Of a stretch of 64,000 nt of DNA, positions 9,300-19,067 are shown piece after piece. The DNA lies in contig CBDFJF010000002.1 of NCBI GenBank assembly GCA_965248265.1, positions 3,584,001 through 3,648,000 of the forward strand. Direction: 5' to 3'. The notes under the pieces were generated by a model that saw only the letters and a list, made by a program, of their open reading frames with translations, searched no databases and was not told the origin of the DNA. The DNA comes from Candidatus Latescibacterota bacterium (GTDB taxonomy: Bacteria > Latescibacterota > UBA2968 > UBA8231). Made by a program: the position numbers and the translations under genes. Position 1 is the stretch's first letter; each line of letters begins with the position of its first letter.

Positions 9300-9581
9300 A
9301 TGCTGAATAGATATTTGCCGATCGCTCTGGGGATAACAATCATAGTGTTGCTCATCCCTATTGGTGTGCAGGCGTGTCCGCTATGTGTGGAAGCCGTTAA
9401 GGGCTCGGAGTTGGGTCGTGGTTTCAATTCGAGCATCCTGTTCCTTCTAGCGATGCCATTTGCCTTAGTTGGCTCGATCGGTGGCGGGTTATTTTTCTAT
9501 GTACGCCGGCATTCGCGTTCAAGTCAGAAACAACATACGTATGTAACAGCCAACTCCAATGTGATAGGAGAGCAAAATTGA
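9300..9581 (+). CDS. Small CxxC membrane protein in the oxidase operon
   Basis: Signal-like N-terminus, ACPLC, GFNSSILFLLAMPF TM segment; overlaps the next start. Confidence 0.7.
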   Translation: MLNRYLPIALGITIIVLLIPIGVQACPLCVEAVKGSELGRGFNSSILFLLAMPFALVGSIGGGLFFYVRRHSRSSQKQHTYVTANSNVIGEQN

Positions 9582-10195
9582 CTCACGCTACTGCTGTGGC
9601 AGCAACTGTCGAACCTGCGGAATCTCCTCTTACTCCTGAAAGCTGGGGCAAGCTTGGGATGTGGATTTTCCTCGCAGGAGATGCGATGTCGTTTGGAGCC
9701 CTGCTTGCTGGTTATGGTGCCATCCGAGCTGGGAGCACCGACTGGCCTATCCCGGCAGAGGTTCTTGGCATACCCCTAACAGCCTTTATGACCTTTCTGC
9801 TGATCTGCAGTAGTGTGACCATGGTCAAGGCCTTGTCAGCGATCAAGCATGGCAACTCAAAGGGAATGCGGAACTATTTGCTGTTGACCATTCTGGGTGG
9901 AGTGATATTCCTGGGCTGCCAGGCATACGAATGGACCCACCTGATCAATCAGGGTCTTGGGTTTAGTAGCAATCCCTTTGGGAGCTATCTTTTTGGCGCT
10001 ACTTTCTTTGCCATTACAGGTTTTCATGGTGCCCACGTTACTGGGGGCGTCATTTATCTTATATGCATAATGATACGGGGAACGCGTGGCAAATACTCGG
10101 CCGAGAATTACGACCACGTTGAGATCCTCGGGTTGTACTGGCATTTCGTAGACCTCGTATGGATCATGGTGTTTACCTTTGTCTACCTGCTATAG
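9578..10195 (+). CDS. coxC: Cytochrome c oxidase subunit III family protein (second)
   Basis: WGKLGMWIFLAGDAMSF, TFLLICSSVTMV, QAYEW, TGFHGAHV, GLYWHFVDLVW. Confidence 0.92.
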   Translation: MTHATAVAATVEPAESPLTPESWGKLGMWIFLAGDAMSFGALLAGYGAIRAGSTDWPIPAEVLGIPLTAFMTFLLICSSVTMVKALSAIKHGNSKGMRNYLLLTILGGVIFLGCQAYEWTHLINQGLGFSSNPFGSYLFGATFFAITGFHGAHVTGGVIYLICIMIRGTRGKYSAENYDHVEILGLYWHFVDLVWIMVFTFVYLL

Positions 10196-10279
10196 CGTGG
10201 AGCAGGGAAATAACGATGGAATGTAGCTATCAGAAGCTGAATTGCTGGAATCTAGTCATACTCTCAAGTGGGAAGAAAA

Positions 10280-10615
10280 ATGATGACGGATAATCACAAA
10301 GAACCGAACTACATGGGTGTGTTCTATTTGCTGGCAGTGCTCACGGCTATTGAAATCGGTGTGATATATTTACCGGTAGCCAAACTGGTCATAGCATTCA
10401 TGCTTGTCATCCTGGCTGTAGCTAAGGCTGCGCTTGTTGGATTGTATTTCATGCACCTGAAATTTGAGAAACGTACGCTGGGTTTGATTGCTATGACTCC
10501 GCTGGTGCTCTGTACGTTATTGATATTTTCGCTCATCCCAGATTTAACCGGAACTCCTCATCAAACATCATCGGCGCAGCCCACTGAGGGGGAATCTGTA
10601 TCCCTGTCTCAGTAG
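10280..10615 (+). CDS. Prokaryotic cytochrome c oxidase subunit IV family protein
   Basis: LAVLTAIE, KAALVGLYFMHLKFE. Confidence 0.85.
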   Translation: MMTDNHKEPNYMGVFYLLAVLTAIEIGVIYLPVAKLVIAFMLVILAVAKAALVGLYFMHLKFEKRTLGLIAMTPLVLCTLLIFSLIPDLTGTPHQTSSAQPTEGESVSLSQ

Positions 10616-10713
10616 TACGTACACCGGGACGGTGCCGGAGTCGCTCAGTCGTACCCGCGTGAAAAACTCCCGAGATCAACGCGCAACACTCACCGAGATG
10701 ACAAGGAACTGCG

Positions 10714-11445
10714 ATGAAACTGATCAGACACCCACTCACAGCTGTGGCGATGATGGCATTGGTCGTGGCCCTTTCCGGCATGGTCCGAGCGCAGGCGTCC
10801 AGCGCAGGAGGGTCAATTAGCGGCGCGGTCAAGTACGATGGCGAGGCGGCGGCGGCGAAAAAGCTGGCGGTTACTAAGGATGTGAAGGTTTGCGACGTGC
10901 ACGAGAAATTCTCTGAGGACCTAGTTGTCTCTAGCGCGGGTGGTATCCAAAATGTCTTCGTGCAGGTGCTCGGGGCGAAGGGTGAAGTCACAATTCCCAA
11001 GGAGCGACCCGCTCTCGTCCAAAAGGGATGTCAGTTCATTCCCCATGTGCAGGTCATCCCTGCCGGTTCGAGAGTGAACATCATGAATGATGATGGCATC
11101 GCCCACAATCTCCATACGCTCAGCGTGGAGAATCCGTCCTTCAATCGACTGCAACCCGGCATCAAGAAGAGGATGATTACCCGAAAAAACGATCTGCTAA
11201 TTCCGGAGATCATACCGATCAAGTGCGATCTTCACGGCTGGATGAAGGCGTGGATCATCGTCGCCGATCACCCCTATCACGCCATATCCGATCAGGAGGG
11301 TTCATTTCAGATTACCGGTATCCCGCCGGGGACGTACACGGTTCAGTTCTGGCACGAAACACTGGGGCAACTGTCGCGGGAAGTGACCGTGGAGACCGGG
11401 GCCGATACAAAGGTCGGTGATGTAGCGTTCAAGGCCGCAATGTAA
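10714..11445 (+). CDS. Secreted carboxypeptidase-regulatory-like / cupredoxin-like protein with putative type-1 Cu site
   Basis: Signal peptide; GSISGAVKY; QKGCQFIPHV; HNLH; CDLHGWM; G.F.ITGIPPGTYTV..WHE. Confidence 0.75.
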   Translation: MKLIRHPLTAVAMMALVVALSGMVRAQASSAGGSISGAVKYDGEAAAAKKLAVTKDVKVCDVHEKFSEDLVVSSAGGIQNVFVQVLGAKGEVTIPKERPALVQKGCQFIPHVQVIPAGSRVNIMNDDGIAHNLHTLSVENPSFNRLQPGIKKRMITRKNDLLIPEIIPIKCDLHGWMKAWIIVADHPYHAISDQEGSFQITGIPPGTYTVQFWHETLGQLSREVTVETGADTKVGDVAFKAAM

Positions 11446-11503
11446 GTCGAGACCAACGCGGTTGCGGATCCGTGCTCGTCGGATGTCCGTCAGTGCATCA
11501 CAC

Positions 11504-11911
11504 TCATGATTCGCTGTCCAAGCCGATGGCGCCAAGACCATCGAGCAGACCCGTCGAGCGCACGATGACGAGAATGGCCGAATGGGGCACTACGACGAAT
11601 CTCTCATTCTCGAACTTGATCTCCACCCCTTCTTTGCGGGCGAAAATGGCGTGGTCCCCTTTGTGGGCCTGCAGAGGGATGAATCGCATCTGCTCTCCGG
11701 AATTCTCATTCCAGGGCATCTCGTCGTCTTCTGACTTCGGCGGCAACGGAATTCCGGGGCCAACTTCCTCGACACGACCGCTCTGGACATTCTCCTTCTC
11801 CAGAGCTGTGGGCGGCAGGTACAAGCCGACTTCCGTGCGCTCTTCCAGCTCATCCAGTCGGATCAAAACCCTGTCGCCGACTACGATGAGCTCTTTGTCT
11901 CCTCGAATCAT
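11504..11911 (-). CDS. Stand-alone GroES-family co-chaperone
   Basis: VVGDRVLIR, RTEVGLYLP, SGRVEEVGPG, GD..IF; no groEL adjacent. Confidence 0.85.
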   Translation of the reverse strand: MIRGDKELIVVGDRVLIRLDELEERTEVGLYLPPTALEKENVQSGRVEEVGPGIPLPPKSEDDEMPWNENSGEQMRFIPLQAHKGDHAIFARKEGVEIKFENERFVVVPHSAILVIVRSTGLLDGLGAIGLDSES

Positions 11912-12039
11912 GAATCCATCAATTGGTTTAAGGGTTGATCTGCCCCGCTGTCCCACTCCAATCCCGGAAAAATATTAACAGAAACTCCCCGATGACTCAA
12001 TGACCGGTAAGATCGCGAGTGGCATGGAGGGAATCGCCC

Positions 12040-12789
12040 TCAATTGGCCGAGTGTAGATCAGAGGCCGTCAGGGCGGCACCGATGATACCCGCCAGGTTG
12101 CGAAGCTGAGCTGGAATCACCGGGCAGCCGACACTCAACAGTGGGATGAACTCCTTGTGATACTTGCTGACTCCACCACCCAATACGATCAAATCTGGCG
12201 AGAGATAGAAGTGGACCCGTTCGAGGTAATCGTCCAAGCGCCGCGCCCACTTTCTCCAGCTGAGGTTGTCCTTCACCCTGACAGCACTCGAAGTGTGCCG
12301 CTCCGCGGCCTGGCCGTTCAGTTCGAGATGACCGAGTTCGGTGTTCGGGACCAGTTTCCCATCGACGAAAAACGCCGAGCCGATACCCGTACCCAGGGTC
12401 AACAGCAAAACGGCGCCGGCAACGTTCCTGCCCGCGCCGAAACGCATTTCCGCAATGCCAGCTGCATCAGCGTCATTGGTAATCTCGAACGGTAAACCGG
12501 TCGCTGTCTCAAACTCGGTCCTGGCATCGTGGCCCACCCAATCGTCTGAAAGATTCGCGGTACTGAGGATGAGTCCCCCACCGCAAACTATACCAGGAAA
12601 ACCCACTCCGACCGGTCCTTGCCAGCTGAAATGACCGACCAGCTTGGCAACACTCTCGGTCAGTGCGTTCGGAGTCGATTTTTTTGGTGTCTTGAGCCGG
12701 TAACGGTCCGATGTTAGAGAACCAGTACCCAGGTCGACGATGGCCCCTTTGATGCCGCTTCCACCGATATCGATTCCGAGAGCCTTCAT
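12040..12789 (-). CDS. ppgK: Polyphosphate glucokinase (ROK family)
   Basis: LGIDIGGSGIKGA, NDADAAGIAEMRFGAG, TLGTGIGSA, VPNTELGH, GGGVSK. Confidence 0.9.
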   Translation of the reverse strand: MKALGIDIGGSGIKGAIVDLGTGSLTSDRYRLKTPKKSTPNALTESVAKLVGHFSWQGPVGVGFPGIVCGGGLILSTANLSDDWVGHDARTEFETATGLPFEITNDADAAGIAEMRFGAGRNVAGAVLLLTLGTGIGSAFFVDGKLVPNTELGHLELNGQAAERHTSSAVRVKDNLSWRKWARRLDDYLERVHFYLSPDLIVLGGGVSKYHKEFIPLLSVGCPVIPAQLRNLAGIIGAALTASDLHSAN

Positions 12790-12817
12790 AGACCGTCAAC
12801 CAACATGACTCCCGGTC

Positions 12818-13703
12818 TCACAAGGGCGTCGATGTTTTCTCGTCGGTGACGGCCTCATCGAGCTGGTCCTGGGTCAAGCCCTCGGCATCGAGAAGGTCGG
12901 CTCCCTTGAGATTCGTCCCCATCAACTCGGCGCCCTGGAGCTTAACGCCCTGCATGCGTGCACCCTCGAGGTTGGCGTCGGACAGATCCGCCCCTTTGAG
13001 GTCAGCGTTGTTCAAGCGTGCCCCCTGGAGTTGGGCTTCTTGCATCTCTGCCATGAACAAGTTCGCGCCTGCGAGGTTGGCGCGTTTGAGATTCGCCCGT
13101 TGCAGGTTCGCCTCACGCAGATCAGCCTCTCTCAGATCCGCCCCCTCCATCGCAGCTTCTTCGAAATCCGCCTGCTCTAGACTAGCACCGACAAGGCTGG
13201 CCCCGTCCATCTTGGAACGCTTGAGAATCGCTTTCTGTAGTGTTGCTTCCAGAAGGTCGATCCCCCGCAAGTCTGCCAGAAAGAAATCCACATTCTGCAA
13301 TTCGGCCTTTTGAAGATTCGCGTCCCTCAGGTCTGCGCCCCGCAAGAGCGCGCCCTGCAGGTATTTCTCACGCAGGTTGCACTTGCCCAGCTCTGCCCTC
13401 TTGCCTTCCTTCGACTTGCTGACGATCCATTCACGGTGATCTACCAGCGTCCTCTCTAACTCCTCGTCGGCGACCTCCCGGAGTGCCTTCTGCCCTGAAC
13501 TGGCCTGATGTTCGGGCGGGGCATCACCCTCCCTCCAGGCGGTAGCTGGTGCGGCAGCGGTCTTCCCTTCGTCAGCTGCTGATTTGGGAGCAACAGCCTT
13601 CTTCTTCGTTTTCTTCTTTTTCTTGCCGGGAGAGGATTCAGAATTCTTCACCGATGTCTTTTTGCCAAGAGCTTTTTTGATCTTGGATATCTTTTTTTTT
13701 GCA
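12818..13703 (-). CDS. Pentapeptide-repeat protein with Lys-rich N-terminus (start uncertain; ORF track gives 13651)
   Basis: A(D/N)Lxx repeats and GLTQDQLDEA..DEKT tail; frame stays open upstream as AKKKISKIKKALGKK. Confidence 0.85.
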
Positions 13704-13735
13704 AAACCGATCCTGCGAGAGATAGCGTGTTTGAG

Positions 13736-14098
13736 TTATTGCTTGTGTCTTTTGCTTTGTTCCAACAACGACCTGATGGAGCCTGCCACCTGTTCAGGCT
13801 CTTGTTGCACCTTGTCTTCTATTCGTGAACGCCCGGTATCCTCGCTCAGGGCAACGGCGTCGACGAAGTCGGCTTTGTCGAAAGCCTTCAGTTCACCCAG
13901 AAATCGAACATTGCGGCCAATCATCAATCGGCGCAACAAAGCGCGCGTTACGATGAGCAGTAAGGCCAGACTCACAAGACCAGCGCCATACGCCAGAACA
14001 GCCGATCCACTGAAAGCCCACACCTGGCTGCCAACCAGCGCGGCCACACCCACTAGCAATACCCCAATCATGAAAACAAGCCCAGCGGTAGGCTTCAT
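13736..14098 (-). CDS. Hypothetical 2-TM membrane protein with FliF-like C-terminal helix
   Basis: Two hydrophobic segments; C-terminal IEDKVQQEPEQVAGSIRSLL. Confidence 0.55.
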   Translation of the reverse strand: MKPTAGLVFMIGVLLVGVAALVGSQVWAFSGSAVLAYGAGLVSLALLLIVTRALLRRLMIGRNVRFLGELKAFDKADFVDAVALSEDTGRSRIEDKVQQEPEQVAGSIRSLLEQSKRHKQ

Positions 14099-14261
14099 CT
14101 ATGAACCGTGCTTCTCAAGCAACCGTTCCTCAAGGTCTCTCGATCCAAAGGTCCCGTTGACAGCGGCAAACCGTTGACTCGATACTAACCAATCATTACC
14201 TGTGTGGGTTCCTCCACCCTGCCACCATCCACTGCTTTCCCGGGAAGCGATCGTCTCCCCC

Positions 14262-14507
14262 ATGCTCGCTACAGTCATCGAAATGCTGGTTGGGATCGGA
14301 GGTACAGTCATCTACCTGTATTTCTGGAACCAGATCCTGGCAAAAAACAACACAACAGAGTTGGATCCAACCGATCCCACCTACCGTGCCAAAATGGGTC
14401 GACGCCGGGCTTGGCAAATCATCTTGTTCCTCGGGTTGACCCCTTACGTTCTGCTGCTGTTTGCCGCCATCGAGCGGATCAAAGCGACGCTCCTGGTACA
14501 GACCTGA
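14262..14507 (+). CDS. Small 2-TM hypothetical protein
   Basis: Two hydrophobic helices separated by a polar loop ending in RRRAW. Confidence 0.45.
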   Translation: MLATVIEMLVGIGGTVIYLYFWNQILAKNNTTELDPTDPTYRAKMGRRRAWQIILFLGLTPYVLLLFAAIERIKATLLVQT

Positions 14508-14711
14508 CCACCGACCAATAAACCGCTCTCCAACAAGAGGTTGGGGAACTCGTCACATATCATCGGCGGTATGGGCAGTAATATGCTACTTTTGCCCGAC
14601 CTTGGCCACCGAATCACCCACCGTGGCCGCGTTCACCGACATCCTGATTTCCCATCGACTGATTGCCCAATGATGCGCCTGCAGCGTGACTGATGGTTGA
14701 GCACGACAAGG

Positions 14712-14752
14712 AAAACGGTTGCGAGCAGGTAGATAACTGATCTCGCAACCGT
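14712..14752 (-). terminator. Probable intrinsic terminator after tRNA-Lys
   Basis: 11-bp stem acggttgcgag/ctcgcaaccgt followed by TTTT on the minus strand. Confidence 0.6.
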
Positions 14753-14761
14753 CTGTGAGTG

Positions 14762-14837
<76 letters not shown>

Positions 14838-14908
14838 TTTTCAGTTGTTCAGATAGGGGATCTACCGCCGATGGTGGCGCGAAAACATAATGGTGCGACC
14901 ATACATGG

Positions 14909-16030
14909 TCAATCGTGCTGAGTTGCGAACGGCAGCGGATGGAACGGGACATCGGCTGCGATTGCCACGCCGCGGTGAGTGACCATGCCGTGAATGACAT
15001 TCAGACCACGCGCCAACCCCTGGTCCTGCTGGCAGGCCGCTTCCCAACCCTCATTCGCCAGGGCGAAAATGTACGGGAAGGTGGCGTTGCTCAGTGCCAT
15101 GGTTGCTGTGCGTGGTACGGCACCGGGCAAGTTGGCGATACCGCAATGGACAACGTCATCGACGACGTAGGTCGGGGCGCTGTGGGTCGTCGCCTTCATG
15201 GTCTCGACGCAACCGCCCTGGTCCACGGCCGTGTCGACGATGACGGACCCACGCTTCATGTTGCTCACCATTGCACTACTGACCAGCGTCGGTGCTTTGG
15301 AGCCAGGGACCAGGACGGCTCCGACGAGCAAGTCGGCCGCCGGCACCAGTTTTTGGAGGTTATAGGGATTCGACATATGGGTGAACACGTTCGCCGGCAG
15401 CGTGCGCTCGGCAAGCCGTAACTGGTCGACTTCGATGTCGAGCAGATGAACGGAGGCGCCCATGCCGGCAGCGATCAGGGCGGCATTGTAGCCGACGACA
15501 CCGGCTCCGATGATGACGACATCGGCCGATGACACACCGGGGAGACCGCCCAGCAACACACCTCTGCCACCCTGTGGTGCCTCCAGATATTTCGCACCTT
15601 CCTGTATGCTCATGCGCCCGGCGATCTCACTCATCGGTGCGAGAATGGGCAAACGCCCGTCGCGCCCTTCGACGGTCTCGAAGGCGACACCGATGGCCCC
15701 GGTGTCAATGAACGAGCGGGTCAGCTTCTCATCAGCCGCAAAGTGGAAGAACGTGAACATGATCTGGTTCTCCTTGATCATGCTTAATTCATTCGGTTGG
15801 GGCTCCTTCACCTTGATGATCAAGTCACTGGCTTCGAATACCTCGGCCGCGGTGTCGACGACGAAGGCTCCGGCCTCCATGTAGTCTTCTACCGGTACCC
15901 CGGATCCATCGGTGGCTCCCTGTTCCACGTACACGGAGTGCCCTGCTTCGACCAGCATGTGCGCCCCTACGGGCAGCAGGCTTACTCGTTGCTCGTCAGC
16001 CTTCGTCTCTTTCGGAACACCTACAATCAT
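14909..16030 (-). CDS. ald: Alanine dehydrogenase
   Basis: MIVGVPKE, KVKEP, FTFFHFAA, PMSEIAGR, GAGVVG, DQGGC.ET..ATTH, NLPGAVP. Confidence 0.95.
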   Translation of the reverse strand: MIVGVPKETKADEQRVSLLPVGAHMLVEAGHSVYVEQGATDGSGVPVEDYMEAGAFVVDTAAEVFEASDLIIKVKEPQPNELSMIKENQIMFTFFHFAADEKLTRSFIDTGAIGVAFETVEGRDGRLPILAPMSEIAGRMSIQEGAKYLEAPQGGRGVLLGGLPGVSSADVVIIGAGVVGYNAALIAAGMGASVHLLDIEVDQLRLAERTLPANVFTHMSNPYNLQKLVPAADLLVGAVLVPGSKAPTLVSSAMVSNMKRGSVIVDTAVDQGGCVETMKATTHSAPTYVVDDVVHCGIANLPGAVPRTATMALSNATFPYIFALANEGWEAACQQDQGLARGLNVIHGMVTHRGVAIAADVPFHPLPFATQHD

Positions 16031-16097
16031 CGGTTGCCTACGCTCTCTTGAAATGGTCAGCTGATAGGGCTTACTCCACCCTCATCTCAACCTATGT

Positions 16098-17150
16098 TCA
16101 CTGCCGCGGAATGTCCACGCGTCTCCGTGTCTCACTGGCCTGGTAGGCCGCCTCGACGAACTGCATCGCTCGCAACGCATCGGTGCCGTCGGTGACGAAT
16201 GCCCCAGGCTTTGAAGCACTGGCTTCCAGAAAGTCAGCGATGAACTTGATACCGACTGCGCCTCCATATCCTCCCACTTCTGTGGGAGCGGTGATGTGGA
16301 CGGTCCTTGCGGCCACACCTTCCCAACCCGGTGCCTGGCTCTTCACTCTCAATTGCTGACCCTCGCCTTCCCCGAAGCCGTGTTGGACCCAAGTGGCCTC
16401 CCCGATCGTTCCCCTTAAAATGATACCGATATCGCCATAACGTTCCCGCAGCACGTACCCCGCGTGTACACTCCCCAGGGCGCCATTGTCCATGGCAAAG
16501 CTGAGCGCAGCCATGTCTTCAACATCGATGTCGGTGTCAGACAGCGTCGACACGTGACCGCTGACGCTGGCGTATTCCAGGCCCGTCAGGTAGCGAAACA
16601 TGTCGATCGTGTGAATGGCCAGCCAGTGAAGAATTCCTCCTCCTGCCTTGTCTTTGGAAAACAGCCAGCTGTCCGGATTGCGCTGTTGCACCGAACTGGT
16701 AACCATTCGTCCCTCTGCTGACACGATGCGCCCCAACACCCCAGCCTGAATCAGACCCTTCAACTCCAGAGCCAGCGGCAACATCCGGTTCAGGAAACCG
16801 GTGGCCCATATGGTGTTGGCGGCGGCGGCGATGTCGTTGAGAGTGGTAATTTCAGCAGCTGTTCGTGCCACCGGTTTCTCAATAATGGTAGGAATGCCAC
16901 GTTCCAGGATCTTCCGCCCCGCCTCGGGATATTGATCGTTACGCAACGACAGAATCGCCATGTCGATATCCGGAAGCTGCAGCAACTCGTCGAGGCTGCT
17001 CAGCTGAACATCAACATCGGTGACTGGATCGACGGCTGGATCTACATCACACACGATCAAGCGATCAACATCCGGGGATAGGCGCAAGGTTTCGAGCCAT
17101 CCGGAGCTGTGTGGCCCGACGGTACCGACGAGGGCGGCTGTGACTGGCAT
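16098..17150 (-). CDS. Gfo/Idh/MocA oxidoreductase
   Basis: IEKPVA, GGGILHWLAIHTID, DVEDMA. Confidence 0.88.
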   Translation of the reverse strand: MPVTAALVGTVGPHSSGWLETLRLSPDVDRLIVCDVDPAVDPVTDVDVQLSSLDELLQLPDIDMAILSLRNDQYPEAGRKILERGIPTIIEKPVARTAAEITTLNDIAAAANTIWATGFLNRMLPLALELKGLIQAGVLGRIVSAEGRMVTSSVQQRNPDSWLFSKDKAGGGILHWLAIHTIDMFRYLTGLEYASVSGHVSTLSDTDIDVEDMAALSFAMDNGALGSVHAGYVLRERYGDIGIILRGTIGEATWVQHGFGEGEGQQLRVKSQAPGWEGVAARTVHITAPTEVGGYGGAVGIKFIADFLEASASKPGAFVTDGTDALRAMQFVEAAYQASETRRRVDIPRQ

Positions 17151-17169
17151 GACTTCTCCTGTCTACCTT

Positions 17170-18159
17170 CTACACGTTGACGGGGTGGCCGTCGCGGGCA
17201 GAGGAGTAGATCGCTTCCAGCAACGCCACCGATCGACGGGCCTCCACCCCGTCAACGCGCAGCTGGGTGCCATTCTCCAGGTGGGAAACGGCGTCTTCGA
17301 TCACACTGTGAACCGACCCCCCCTCCGCCCCTTCACCCCTATTCATATGGTTCTCCAGGTCGGTACCACATACGCGATACTCGCCTTTCAGCATTTCATC
17401 GACGAGGAAACCGCCTTTGGTACCATGCACCTCGAAACTCCAGTACGCATTCTGTGGAAACGTAGTGGTGCCGACCAGGCCGCCCTTGGCGCCACTGGCG
17501 AAATTTAGGATGGCCATCCCGAGGTCTTCGGACTCAATATCGTGGTTCATCACCGCAGTCTCTGCGTAGACGCTGACGACATCTCCCATGTACCACAGCA
17601 GCATGTCCAGCAGATGCGCGCCCTGATTGGCCAGGGAGCCGCCACCGTCCAGCTGCCACGACCCGCGCCATCCGGTACCGCTCTCGAAGTACTCGGCGCC
17701 ACGGAAGAGTTTGAAACGGGCCTCCCCCAGTATCAGGTCGCCGAGCCAACCACGGCGGATGGCTTCCGCGATGCGGCAATTGCCATCGACATAACGACTC
17801 TGGTAATCGACCGCCAGCATGACGCTCGCATTGTGACATGCCTGTATCAATCGATTGCAGGCTGCGGTGCTGACGTCCATCGGCTTGGTGACGATGACAT
17901 GCTTGCCCGCGCCGGCTACCTGAACACCTATGTCAGCGTGAAGGCCACTCGGCGTCATGACCATGACGGCGTCGACGTCGGCGCGACCGAGCACCTCTTC
18001 GAGGTCGGTTGTCCAGCTGCAACCGAGTTCTTCGCCGACCGTTTTAGCCAGTTCTTCATCCAGATCGACGACGGCCGTCAGCTGGGCCCCCTCCGTCTCC
18101 GTGACCATCCGTGCCCGACTGCGGCCCATTCCCAGGCCTACCACGGCGAAACGAATCAT
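17170..18159 (-). CDS. Gfo/Idh/MocA oxidoreductase
   Basis: AVVGLGMG, TPSGLH, GKHVIVTKPM, WRGSWQLDGGGSLANQGAH. Confidence 0.9.
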   Translation of the reverse strand: MIRFAVVGLGMGRSRARMVTETEGAQLTAVVDLDEELAKTVGEELGCSWTTDLEEVLGRADVDAVMVMTPSGLHADIGVQVAGAGKHVIVTKPMDVSTAACNRLIQACHNASVMLAVDYQSRYVDGNCRIAEAIRRGWLGDLILGEARFKLFRGAEYFESGTGWRGSWQLDGGGSLANQGAHLLDMLLWYMGDVVSVYAETAVMNHDIESEDLGMAILNFASGAKGGLVGTTTFPQNAYWSFEVHGTKGGFLVDEMLKGEYRVCGTDLENHMNRGEGAEGGSVHSVIEDAVSHLENGTQLRVDGVEARRSVALLEAIYSSARDGHPVNV

Positions 18160-18166
18160 GTTGATT

Positions 18167-19036
18167 TCACCATTTGATGAATTGGCTGATGTAATCGCGT
18201 GACCTCACGAGTCCCTCCTTCTGCAGCTCGGGCGTTTCCGTGAAATGATGGTCCTCCAGTTCGACGCTGAGGACCCCTCCATAGCCCACCTCCTCGAGCC
18301 TTCGAAGGACGAGTTGCCAGTCGACGATGCCTTCCCCCGGAATGGTGTAGCGCCACCAGCCCTCACCGTGACGGTAGGTGCTTGCGTAACTCTCCCCCAG
18401 AATGCCGCTTTCGTAAAGGCCCTCCTGAAGAATCTCCGTGTCCTTGAGGTGCACGTGCTTGACGCGATCACCAAACTCGTGGAGGAGTCGCACGTGGTCG
18501 ATCTGCAATCTGGCGAAGTGAGAGGGATCGTAACAGATCCCCAGGTTGGGCGATGGCACGGCGGCGAAAATCCGCCGCAGACTCTCGGGAGAGCATCCAA
18601 GATTGGGGTAGTGTGGAGGCGGACCGGGCCATGGCTCTATGGCAACCTGGACTCCTACTTTCTCAGCGTGGGCTATGACTCGAGGATAGACTTTCTTGAA
18701 GACCTCGAAGGTCTCTCGCCGCGGGATGGTAGGGTCGTCTGGCTGCAGAACCGTGAACAGGGTGTGGCCACCGTGCCGGGCAATCGCACTCAGATCCTTC
18801 TTCAATGTCGCCAGCGCCACGCTCCGTTTTTTCGCATCGCGCGACAGCAACCCAGACGAATTACCATCGCAGGTTCCCAACGACAGACCCAGGCGTTTGC
18901 AGGTGTCGGCGATCGGTTTGGTCAGCACGGGCGTGTCGACCGCATCGAAATCGTTGTCGGCAAGCCACTCGGCAAAGGCATCAAAGCCAATCTTGCCCGC
19001 AAAACCGGGCATTCGGGTCGCGAGTTTGAAAACCAT
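18167..19036 (-). CDS. Sugar phosphate isomerase/epimerase (xylose-isomerase-like TIM barrel)
   Basis: AIEPWP, YDPSH, HVHLKD, PGEG.VDW, SVELED. Confidence 0.88.
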   Translation of the reverse strand: MVFKLATRMPGFAGKIGFDAFAEWLADNDFDAVDTPVLTKPIADTCKRLGLSLGTCDGNSSGLLSRDAKKRSVALATLKKDLSAIARHGGHTLFTVLQPDDPTIPRRETFEVFKKVYPRVIAHAEKVGVQVAIEPWPGPPPHYPNLGCSPESLRRIFAAVPSPNLGICYDPSHFARLQIDHVRLLHEFGDRVKHVHLKDTEILQEGLYESGILGESYASTYRHGEGWWRYTIPGEGIVDWQLVLRRLEEVGYGGVLSVELEDHHFTETPELQKEGLVRSRDYISQFIKW

Positions 19037-19067
19037 ACAAATATCCCCTATCAGCTGAGCGGACCAA

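Noticed and set aside
14510-14760. Integrative element at the tRNA-Lys 3' end
   Set aside because: No integrase and no duplicated tRNA 3' end found in the window.
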